From the NCBI GenBank assembly GCA_039090665.1, contig JAWCSL010000011.1, forward strand, positions 1-25,315: a DNA stretch of 25,315 nucleotides, written 5' to 3'. Below, piece by piece: positions 17,810 through 25,315 of the stretch; position 1 is the stretch's first letter; each line of letters begins with the position of its first letter. The position numbers and the translations under genes are program-made. The DNA comes from Candidatus Aenigmatarchaeota archaeon (GTDB taxonomy: Archaea; Aenigmatarchaeota; Aenigmatarchaeia; CG10238-14; SCSR01). The notes under the pieces were generated by a model. That model ran no database searches and was not told where the DNA came from. It worked only from the letters and a program-made list of their open reading frames with translations.

Positions 17810-18170
17810 TTTGATCATCCTCCATTAATTTCGTGAAAGAGTTTAATTCCTCAATTTTGTTAATTTTTAATGATTTGATTTTCTTCCGGATGAAATAATT
17901 TAATTTAATTTTGTAAAGAGATAAGAGGTTTGAAAGATTGATAGCAATTTTTTTCCCTTCATCATCAAAATCAGTAAGAATCGCAACTTCAGTCGGATTA
18001 AAAGAAATAACTTCTTCAACAACCTTTTCTAGACTTTTTCCTGAGATTCTTACAATATTCTTAAACCCAAAATATCGCAAGGCTTTTTCATCCTTTTTTC
18101 CTTCAACTATAAGTAAAGCTTCTTCCTTTTTCAATTCTTCTAATACTTCAAAAGCTTTTGGAGAAAGCAT
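17649..18170 (-). CDS. Small TOPRIM-domain protein with a read-through tail overlapping dnaG
   Basis: IVEGKKDEKAL and ILTDFDDEG TOPRIM motifs. Confidence 0.85.
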   Translation of the reverse strand: MLSPKAFEVLEELKKEEALLIVEGKKDEKALRYFGFKNIVRISGKSLEKVVEEVISFNPTEVAILTDFDDEGKKIAINLSNLLSLYKIKLNYFIRKKIKSLKINKIEELNSFTKLMEDDQNGKTCSIYHKIFNRSRIFSRRNSRKARRDRCYIWSNGRALRSRHGFEGAAKDR

Positions 18171-18176
18171 AATTAT

Positions 18177-18971
18177 TTAGACAATTTCTTCTAATATATC
18201 TCTTTCGGTTATTATGCCCTCTAAAATCATGTCATCACTAACTACTGGAAGACCCCCAACATCTCTTTTAATCATTTCTTTTATTGCTTCAGACACATCT
18301 TTATCTTTTTCTATGTAATAAACTTCTTTTGTAAATGTTGGTATTACAGGATCTAAAAGATTAGAAAAATTAAAATCAATTTTTTTTAGGTAAAAGAGAG
18401 CATCTGCTGATGTAAATATTCCAACCAGTTTTTTGTCTTTTACTAATGGTAATCTTCTATAGTGCGTGTTTACCATAGATTTAATAGCATCTAATATTGA
18501 AACTTTTGGATCTAGAAAGAAAGGTTTTTTTGTCATAACTTCTTCAACTTTTATGCCGAAAGAGACTGAAGAAAATCTTCTGATAATATCTCTTTCGGAA
18601 ATCATGCCAACCAGTTTACCATTTTTTGTTACTGGAAATCCTCCTCTTCTAGAAAATTTGAACTTAAGTAAAACATTCCCGAGTGTTTCGTTCACATCAC
18701 AAAAAATAACATCCCTATTCATTATTAGTGAAATTGGATCTTGAAAATCTTGTTTACGTAAAAAAGCTTCCAAAATATCCATTGTTGTTATTATTCCAAC
18801 CAGTTTTTTGTCTTTTGACAAAATTGGTAATCTTCTATGTCCTTTTTCTATGATCTTGTTAATCACTTCTTTTATTTTTTCTTTTTCAAAACAAAATGTT
18901 GGGTTAAGTTCTGAAAGCTGAATAATTTTGTCTTCTTTATTTAAACCTGCAAGACTTAATTCAATACTCAT
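18177..18971 (-). CDS. CBS-domain protein (four CBS repeats)
   Basis: Four repeats of RRLP/GGFP...GIIT/SERD. Confidence 0.9.
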   Translation of the reverse strand: MSIELSLAGLNKEDKIIQLSELNPTFCFEKEKIKEVINKIIEKGHRRLPILSKDKKLVGIITTMDILEAFLRKQDFQDPISLIMNRDVIFCDVNETLGNVLLKFKFSRRGGFPVTKNGKLVGMISERDIIRRFSSVSFGIKVEEVMTKKPFFLDPKVSILDAIKSMVNTHYRRLPLVKDKKLVGIFTSADALFYLKKIDFNFSNLLDPVIPTFTKEVYYIEKDKDVSEAIKEMIKRDVGGLPVVSDDMILEGIITERDILEEIV

Positions 18972-19509
18972 ACTCTAATTCTTCCCTACATCTTTCACAT
19001 AACCATTGACCGTTCACATTTCTGAGATCATCACTATAATTGTCGCAAGAATCACATATTCCTGAAGTAATTTTTTCTTTTATTTCTGGCTCAAAAGATT
19101 TCATTTTTATTCTGTATTCGAGTAAATCAAGCATTTCTGGTGAAGTTTTTGCTATATCTGAAAGTGAAATCAACCCAATAAGCTTACCTTGAGAAACAAC
19201 AGGAAGCCTGTGAATGTTGTTTTTCTTCATTTTCCTAACAGCATTTAAAATGTCATCGTCTGGACCAATTGTAATTAGTGGGGAGCTCATGACTTCTTTA
19301 ACTTTAATTTTGCTCGGTAAAATGTTCTTAGCCACAACCCTTTTTATAATATCACTATCTGAGAGAATTCCAACTGGTTTACCATTTTTCGTAACAATTA
19401 AACATCCTCTTCTTGTTTTCTTCATCAGTTCTCCAGCTTGTTTTATAGTTTTTTCTTGATCTATTGTGATTACTGGTTTAACCATAATATCTTTCACATA
19501 TATTGGCAA
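18961..19509 (-). CDS. CBS-pair protein with C-terminal Zn ribbon
   Basis: Two CBS repeats, then GICDSC...WLCERC; TTG start with AGGTGA SD. Confidence 0.9.
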   Translation of the reverse strand: MPIYVKDIMVKPVITIDQEKTIKQAGELMKKTRRGCLIVTKNGKPVGILSDSDIIKRVVAKNILPSKIKVKEVMSSPLITIGPDDDILNAVRKMKKNNIHRLPVVSQGKLIGLISLSDIAKTSPEMLDLLEYRIKMKSFEPEIKEKITSGICDSCDNYSDDLRNVNGQWLCERCREELEYEY

Positions 19510-19536
19510 AACATCACCTACTTATAATATGTTTCC

Positions 19537-19869
19537 TTAAATTTTATCTTTTTCTAAAAAATCTTTTAAAAGCATCCCACTATCAGGAAATATTTTCTCT
19601 TCAGGCTTAAGGATCCTAATATTGCCATAACCAAAATCTACGACCAGGAAAAAAGGAAACCCTTCTATCTCTTTTACTAAATCACCATAAAAATAGAGAA
19701 CTTTTTTTCTTGTTGATTTCACTTGAAGTAAAATACATTTTTTATTTTTTATACAAATTAAGTCGGCTTCTCCCAGACTTGCTCCTGCTCTTATAACTTT
19801 CCAACCATATTTTTCAAACAATAATCTTACTTTTCTTTCCACCCTATACCCTTTTTTCTTAGAAGACAT
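19537..19869 (-). CDS. Hjc-like Holliday junction resolvase (PD-(D/E)xK fold, QxK variant)
   Basis: KGYRVERKV, VIRAGAS, ADLICIK, LLQVKST; start moved to ATG 19869. Confidence 0.8.
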   Translation of the reverse strand: MSSKKKGYRVERKVRLLFEKYGWKVIRAGASLGEADLICIKNKKCILLQVKSTRKKVLYFYGDLVKEIEGFPFFLVVDFGYGNIRILKPEEKIFPDSGMLLKDFLEKDKI

Positions 19870-19911
19870 CAAAATAGATATATAAAATTTCAAAATAAAA
19901 AATGGTTAAGA

Positions 19912-20586
19912 ATGGAAATATTAATAATAAGTGATATACACAACGATTTGGAAAATTTGATGGAATATATAGACAAACTTGCCCTTCTTAATTTTGATGT
20001 AATTGTATTTCCAGGTGACTTCAGTGATGTACCACCAAAAGGTTTCTCTTCTATTGATATCTCAAAAATAATAATTGAAGAATTGAAAACTTTGAAAAAA
20101 CCAATTTTAGCATTACCTGGAAATTGGGATAAAGATGTGATTGAACTTTTAGAAAAAGAGGGAATAAGTCTACATGGTCATGGAAAAGTTATTGAAAATA
20201 TTGGATTTTATGGTTTTGGGGGTGCGAAAACACCTTTTGGTACTCTTTTTGAACCATCTGAAAAAGAAATTGAAAATGGTTTAAAAAAAGCTTTTAAGGA
20301 AATTGAAAACACAAAAATAAAGGTTCAAGTAACACATGCACCTCCTTTTGGAACAAAGCTTGATATTGTTTATAGTGGAGCACACGTTGGTTCAGAAGCT
20401 GTTAGAAAAGCTATTGAAACTTATAAGCCTGTGTTAGCTATAAGTGCACACATTCATGAGGCTAGAGGTGTTGATGAATTAAATGGAACGAAATTGATAA
20501 ACTCTGGTAGATTTCCAGAAGGATATTGTGGCTTAGCTTCGATAAAGAATGAGAAAGTAGAAACAAAAATAATAAATTTGATATGA
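19912..20586 (+). CDS. Calcineurin-like metallophosphoesterase (Icc-related)
   Basis: SDIH, GD, PGNWD, THAPP, HVGS, HIHE. Confidence 0.92.
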   Translation: MEILIISDIHNDLENLMEYIDKLALLNFDVIVFPGDFSDVPPKGFSSIDISKIIIEELKTLKKPILALPGNWDKDVIELLEKEGISLHGHGKVIENIGFYGFGGAKTPFGTLFEPSEKEIENGLKKAFKEIENTKIKVQVTHAPPFGTKLDIVYSGAHVGSEAVRKAIETYKPVLAISAHIHEARGVDELNGTKLINSGRFPEGYCGLASIKNEKVETKIINLI

Positions 20587-20670
20587 ATTGTTCAAAAGCA
20601 AAAATAATTTTTATATCTTTGATGAAATAAAATAAATACACTGTGTAATTTGAAAACAAAAGTGAGAAAC

Positions 20671-21021
20671 ATGAACAAACAAGAAATTATCCTTCCTTTG
20701 AAAGAAAGTTTGGGGTCAAAAAAAGAATTGGCTTCAATTTTCCTAAATTTCGATATAATAACAATCAGGATCTTACAAAAGTTTTACTTTAACAAAGATT
20801 TTCCAAATGATGTTAATTCTTATTATATTCAACAACTTCTTTCTGAGCTAAAAAGTGAAGGACTAGAAATAAATTTAGAAACTTTGAGAAAAAGATTGGA
20901 AAATTTAGTGAAATTGAATTTGATTGAAAAAGTTGAAACATATCCAAGAATATATATGCCTGTGAGAGATGTAGAAAAAATAAGAAGTTTTTTGATAAAA
21001 GTTAAAGAACTATTTTTATGA
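20671..21021 (+). CDS. Winged-helix DNA-binding protein
   Basis: YIQQLLSELK...INLETLRKRLENLVKLNLIEKVETYPRIY (HTH + wing); ATG 20671. Confidence 0.72.
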   Translation: MNKQEIILPLKESLGSKKELASIFLNFDIITIRILQKFYFNKDFPNDVNSYYIQQLLSELKSEGLEINLETLRKRLENLVKLNLIEKVETYPRIYMPVRDVEKIRSFLIKVKELFL

Positions 21022-21104
21022 AGTTTTTGAAAAATTTTCAACTGAAATATATATAAGGTTTAGATTTTTTTCTCATCAAGTTTATTTAACAGACAAATTA
21101 TTAC

Positions 21105-21306
21105 TGCAAACATTTTCTTTTTTGTAAAAAAATTTAAATTTTTTCTTCTTCTCCCCTTTCAAAATTCCAATTTTTCATTTAATACCCTTTTATTCAATTT
21201 TACAAACATTTGTTTTATCGCATTTATAATAAAATGTTTGCACTTTTAGATAAATGTTTGCACTTTTCAGAGAATGTTTGCAGAAATGAAGAAAAAAATG
21301 CAAACA
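21105..21306. repeat. Array of TGTTTGCA motifs: three direct copies at a 20-bp period plus inverted copies
   Basis: Forward at 21235, 21255, 21275 (first two extend to AAATGTTTGCACTTTT); reverse TGCAAACA at 21105 and 21299; one-mismatch TACAAACA at 21201. Confidence 0.85.
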
Positions 21307-21337
21307 CTTTTAAATTCGTTCCTTCTAAGATAAATTT

Positions 21338-21571
21338 ATGCCTCGAAAACCTTTTGGTAAGTTTTTTGAAGTAGCTCTTTTAAGTTGTTTGGATCCCGAA
21401 ATTCCTAAAACATCTGAAGCTATAAGAAGAGCTTTAGCTGAAAAACTAGATAGACCAGGACTTTCTTGGCATACTGTGAACAAATATCTTTGTTTTCTTC
21501 GTGATGCAAAAAAAGTAGAGGAAATTCGTATAGGTAAAGTCACAACTTACAAGTTAAGAAAACAAATTTAA
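21338..21571 (+). CDS. Small winged-helix protein (77 aa)
   Basis: PKTSEAIRRAL...LSWHTVNKYLCFLRDAKKVEEIRIGKVTTY. Confidence 0.8.
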   Translation: MPRKPFGKFFEVALLSCLDPEIPKTSEAIRRALAEKLDRPGLSWHTVNKYLCFLRDAKKVEEIRIGKVTTYKLRKQI

Positions 21572-21594
21572 ATCATTGTTTATTTCTTAATTAT

Positions 21595-21852
21595 ATGAAA
21601 AGAGGAAGAAAAAGTTTGAGAGATGAAGTTAAATCAAAAATTTTGGAAATCCTTTCAAATACTCAAACCCCACTTACTATTTCTTCAATAAAAATGCTGA
21701 TTTTTGAAAATTTCAATAGGAACTTTAGTTGGAACACAATTCAAAAATATTTAAATGAACTTGTTGAAGAATCTAAAATTATTCCTATTCATCTACCTCA
21801 TTCAAGGTTAAAAGGAAAAACTGGTCTTACTGTTTATATATTAAAAAGATAA
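21595..21852 (+). CDS. Small winged-helix protein (85 aa), probable paralog of the upstream gene
   Basis: KILEILS...PLTISSI...FSWNTIQKYLNELVEESKI...TVY. Confidence 0.82.
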   Translation: MKRGRKSLRDEVKSKILEILSNTQTPLTISSIKMLIFENFNRNFSWNTIQKYLNELVEESKIIPIHLPHSRLKGKTGLTVYILKR

Positions 21853-21870
21853 TAATTTTCTTTGATTTTT

Positions 21871-23013
21871 ATGAATCGAGAAAAAATTTTAGAAATTTTC
21901 ACAAAAAATAATTTGTTACTAGATCCAAAGGCTTTAGAGTTTTTTATTCAAAATTCAAGCCAAGTGGAAAGTTTTTTGGAAAAAGTTAAAAAACTTGAGA
22001 GACAGCCTGTTATAATCACTCTTGATTTTGTCAAATCTTTAGAAAAATCTTATGAAATAGAGGAAATCAAAAAAGATGGAGCAAAGAAAACAACTTTATC
22101 AATTGAAGATCTTTCAAACTTTTTGGTAGAAAGATATGAAAAAATTAAGTCATTTTTTTCCTATAGATTGGATGTTGTTAATTTGATTTCAATAAACAAA
22201 ATAAATGAAAAAACAAAAAAATTTTCCCTTATAGTTATGGTTAGGGAGATTGATAGAGAAAACAAAATTGCTTTTGTTGAAGATCTAACTGGTGAAATAT
22301 CTGTACGTGTTCTGAATGATTTAATTGATTTTTTGGTTCAAGATGAGGTTGTTGGACTTTTTTGTGAGAAAAAAGATGAAGAAATTCAAGTTACAAATGT
22401 TTTCTGGCCGGATATACCTTTGAAAAGAACAATAGGAAAGCTAGAAGAGGATATTCTTTGCTTGTTTGTTTCAGAAGTTGCTTTTGAAGAAAATTATGAA
22501 GAAATTCTCAAAGAGATAAGCAAACTGAATTTTAAATTTTTGTTTATTTTTTTGTTTTTGAACAAAATCCTTGAAGAAAAACTTAAAGTGTTTAAAGAAA
22601 AAATACCACCAAACTCTAAACTTGTTTTGATAAGCAATGCGAAACAAAACTTTGATGATATTTTGTGTTTTTCAAGTCCAGCTTTTTTAGTTTTAGATAA
22701 AAAAATTGTATTTTTGCTAGTTGACGGAAAAATTTTTTCAAACTACAAAAATCTTGGAAAAGATTGTGTAGAGATAATGTTAAATTTACTTAAAAAAAGA
22801 CATTTGAACCCAATCTTTAAAATTGAAAACTTGAGCTTAGAAGACCGCTATTTGGTAGACCCAATTCCAGACATATTTGTTTCAGCAAATTTCGGTAATT
22901 CTTCTTTAATCAATTATAAAGGAACTACAATCATTTCTTGTGGATCTTCAGAAAAGTTGTTTTGGATTGTGAATCTTAAATCACGAGAAAATTTAAAAAT
23001 CAGTTTAACATAA
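21871..23013 (+). CDS. Inactivated homolog of DNA polymerase D small subunit DP1 (B-subunit-like)
   Basis: DP1-like N-terminal helix (EIFTKNNLLLDPKAL), OB fold (ERYEKI, VMVREI, EDLTG, DEVVG, WPDIP), LLKKRHLNP, PDIF, YKGT. Metal ligands are absent: SDIH is replaced by SEVA and GHVH by ANFG. Confidence 0.85.
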   Translation: MNREKILEIFTKNNLLLDPKALEFFIQNSSQVESFLEKVKKLERQPVIITLDFVKSLEKSYEIEEIKKDGAKKTTLSIEDLSNFLVERYEKIKSFFSYRLDVVNLISINKINEKTKKFSLIVMVREIDRENKIAFVEDLTGEISVRVLNDLIDFLVQDEVVGLFCEKKDEEIQVTNVFWPDIPLKRTIGKLEEDILCLFVSEVAFEENYEEILKEISKLNFKFLFIFLFLNKILEEKLKVFKEKIPPNSKLVLISNAKQNFDDILCFSSPAFLVLDKKIVFLLVDGKIFSNYKNLGKDCVEIMLNLLKKRHLNPIFKIENLSLEDRYLVDPIPDIFVSANFGNSSLINYKGTTIISCGSSEKLFWIVNLKSRENLKISLT

Positions 23014-23021
23014 GAATAAAC

Positions 23022-25315
23022 ATGGAAGTAAATTTTCAGCTTTTAGATGTTGATTATATTTTTCTAGAAAATCGTCCTATTATTAGGCTTATTGGAAAAA
23101 CAGAAGAAGGAAAAACTGTTTGTGCATTTTACGATGGTTTTTACCCTTATTTTTATGTTCTTCCAAAAAGGGATATGGAAGATAAAGTAATTGAAGAATT
23201 AAAGAAACATTTTAATGGAGATGTTAAAAACATAGAAAAAGTAGAAAGATTTTTGCCGATTGGTTTTCAAGAAAAAAAGAAAGAAATGTTAAAAATAACA
23301 TTAAAAGATCCATCTAAAACAGCAAATGTAAGAGAACATTTAAGAAAACAAGATTTTGTTGAAGATGTTTTTGAGGCAGATATTCTTTTCAAATACAGAT
23401 TTATGGCAGACTTCTCGCTTTTTGGAATGAATTGGTACAAAGTATATGGTACACCTATCCACACGCAGAATGTGAGAGCCGATCAAATAATCAAAATGGA
23501 AAAAATTGAGCCACTAGAAAAAATAGAAAATGCACCACTTAAGTACTTGGCTTTAGATATTGAAGTTGTTTCGAAAGGTTTGGTAGATCCTCAAGAAAAT
23601 CCAATAGCGATAATAAGTATGGCTTTTTTCCCAGCTTTTAATGGAAAAAATACAATTGTTTTAGTTGCAAAGAATAACATGAGAAGAATTGATAAAGATG
23701 TGTTAACTTTTAGCAGTGAAAAAGAAATGCTTGAAAAATTTTTAGAAATTGTTGAAAGATTTGATCCTGATGTTATTGTTGGTTATAACATTAACGATTT
23801 TGACATACCTTATATAAACGAAAGACTTAAAATCAATAAGTTGAGAAGAACATTAGGAAGATGTAATGAAAAACCACTTTCTTCAAGAAAGTTAGCTGAA
23901 AACAGATATAAGAACTCTATTTTTGGAAGAGTGATAGTAGATCCATATTGGATGATAAAAGACATGGCAAGTAGGGGTTTTTTCACAGGGCTCAAGAGAT
24001 TTGGTTTAGGAGATGTTTCTAAATATCTTTTAGGTGAAGATAAAATAGAATTTTCTCATGCTGATATGCCCCTTGCTTGGAACGGAAGTGAAGAAGATAT
24101 GAAAAGATTTATTGATTATGCGAGGAAAGATTCAGAACTTGTTTTAAGACTGCTTCTAGAAAAACAGTTTTTAGATAAATATATAGGAATTTCAAAAGTT
24201 TCAGGTTTACTTTTACAAGATTCTCTGGATACTGGAGAAGCTGGTAAAGTAGAAAATTTACTCTTAAGGGAATTCAATAAAGATGGGTTTGTTCTTCCTT
24301 GTAAGCCAACTGAAAAAGAAATTGCAAGAAGAAAAGCCGAAAGAGATGTTAAAGGGTTTAAAGGGGCTTTCGTCTTAGATCCGGAAGTTGGTTTACATAC
24401 AAATTGTGTAGTTTATCTAGATTTTGCATCAATGTATCCATCTATTTTTATTTCTTATAACATTTGTCCAACAACTCTTTTGATAGAAAAAAGAGATGAC
24501 ATAGAAGCAATAACAACACCTTTTGGTACTTCTTTTGTACCCCCACATGTAAGAAAAGGAATAATACCAAGAACACTTGAAAGGCTAATAAAAGAAAGGA
24601 ATATAATCAAGGCTCAAATGAAAAATGAAAAAAATGTGGAAAAGAAAAGGGCTTTAGATGCTTATCAAGAGGGTTTGAAAAGAATAGCGAATGCTTCTTA
24701 TGGCTACACAGGATTTCTTTTAGGCAGGATTTATGTTTTGAATATAGCAAATGCAATAACAAGTTGTGGCAGATATTATATTCAAGAAACAAAGAGATTA
24801 GTTGAAACAAACACAAAATATAAGGTGATTTATGGAGATACAGACTCTGTTATGATAAAAACGGATACACAAGATATTGATAAAGCGATAGAAATTGGCA
24901 ATCAAATTGCAAATTTCTTAAATGAAAAATTCGAAGGTAAGCTTAAAATTAAAGTAGAAAATATATTTAAAACACTTTTAATTTTGACCAAAAAAAGATA
25001 TGCTGGTTGGAGTTTTGAAAAAGTCGATTCTGAGTACAAAGATGAAATTGTGATGAAAGGAATAGAAACAGTTCGTAGAGATTGGTGTGATTTGGTTAGT
25101 GAAACACAAGAAGCAGTTTTAAACATTTTACTTAAAGAACAAAATCCGAGAAAAGCTTTCAACTATTTTAAGGAAGTAGTTCAAAAACTACAAGCTGAAC
25201 AAATTCCATTAGAGAAGCTAGTCATAATAAAAGGGATTTCAAAAAGACCAGAAGAATATAAAGGAGTACAACCTCATATTGAGCTTGTGAAAAAAATGAA
25301 GAAAAGAGGAGAAAC
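23022..25315 (+). CDS. polB: Family B DNA polymerase with Pol delta-like motifs; 3' end outside window (not in ORF track)
   Basis: Open frame from ATG 23022: ExoI LDIE (23556), ExoII GYNINDFD, ExoIII YARKD, motif A DFASMYPS (24420), motif B KRIANASYG, motif C YGDTDS (24831), KKRYAG, KGIETVRRDWC. Confidence 0.97.
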   Translation, partial: MEVNFQLLDVDYIFLENRPIIRLIGKTEEGKTVCAFYDGFYPYFYVLPKRDMEDKVIEELKKHFNGDVKNIEKVERFLPIGFQEKKKEMLKITLKDPSKTANVREHLRKQDFVEDVFEADILFKYRFMADFSLFGMNWYKVYGTPIHTQNVRADQIIKMEKIEPLEKIENAPLKYLALDIEVVSKGLVDPQENPIAIISMAFFPAFNGKNTIVLVAKNNMRRIDKDVLTFSSEKEMLEKFLEIVERFDPDVIVGYNINDFDIPYINERLKINKLRRTLGRCNEKPLSSRKLAENRYKNSIFGRVIVDPYWMIKDMASRGFFTGLKRFGLGDVSKYLLGEDKIEFSHADMPLAWNGSEEDMKRFIDYARKDSELVLRLLLEKQFLDKYIGISKVSGLLLQDSLDTGEAGKVENLLLREFNKDGFVLPCKPTEKEIARRKAERDVKGFKGAFVLDPEVGLHTNCVVYLDFASMYPSIFISYNICPTTLLIEKRDDIEAITTPFGTSFVPPHVRKGIIPRTLERLIKERNIIKAQMKNEKNVEKKRALDAYQEGLKRIANASYGYTGFLLGRIYVLNIANAITSCGRYYIQETKRLVETNTKYKVIYGDTDSVMIKTDTQDIDKAIEIGNQIANFLNEKFEGKLKIKVENIFKTLLILTKKRYAGWSFEKVDSEYKDEIVMKGIETVRRDWCDLVSETQEAVLNILLKEQNPRKAFNYFKEVVQKLQAEQIPLEKLVIIKGISKRPEEYKGVQPHIELVKKMKKRGE

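Noticed and set aside
21231..21282. Direct repeats considered as a mini CRISPR array
   Set aside because: Period is only 20 bp, with no spacer-length unique sequence and no cas genes in the window.
681..25162. Many antisense or nested ORFs in the track (e.g. 681-998, 1907-2245, 7422-7949, 13236-13520, 21325-21543, 24902-25162)
   Set aside because: They are shadows of well-supported genes on the opposite strand, rich in F/S/I/L and without recognisable motifs.
23022..25315. Intein or split in polB
   Set aside because: Motifs A, B and C are in one frame with normal spacing.

Overview
AT-rich archaeal chromosomal segment. Gene content and compactness suggest a DPANN lineage, possibly Aenigmarchaeota-like (inference). 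The left part holds a 5'-truncated intron-containing tRNA-Leu followed by a decayed integrase, then a Zn-finger microgene-slyD-ftsZ-secE-spt5-rpl11-rpl1-rpl10-rpl12 cluster with an L1-binding RNA element, and HD, DHH and DEDD hydrolases. The middle holds fibrillarin and nop5 separated by a small antisense membrane gene, htpX, trmI, DUF371, a tRNA-Pro(CGG) with a non-canonical intron followed by a second integrase remnant, hel308, kae1, a PRC-barrel gene, thpR, dnaG/TOPRIM, two CBS genes, an Hjc-like nuclease and a metallophosphoesterase. The most notable part is the right end (20.6-25.3 kb). It has three winged-helix genes around a 316-bp intergenic region with phased TGTTTGCA repeats (candidate origin or operator). 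These are followed by a catalytically inactivated PolD-DP1 homolog directly upstream of an intact PolB with Pol delta-like motifs, resembling the eukaryotic PolB + B-subunit pairing. All family assignments come from motif recognition by eye; no searches were run.
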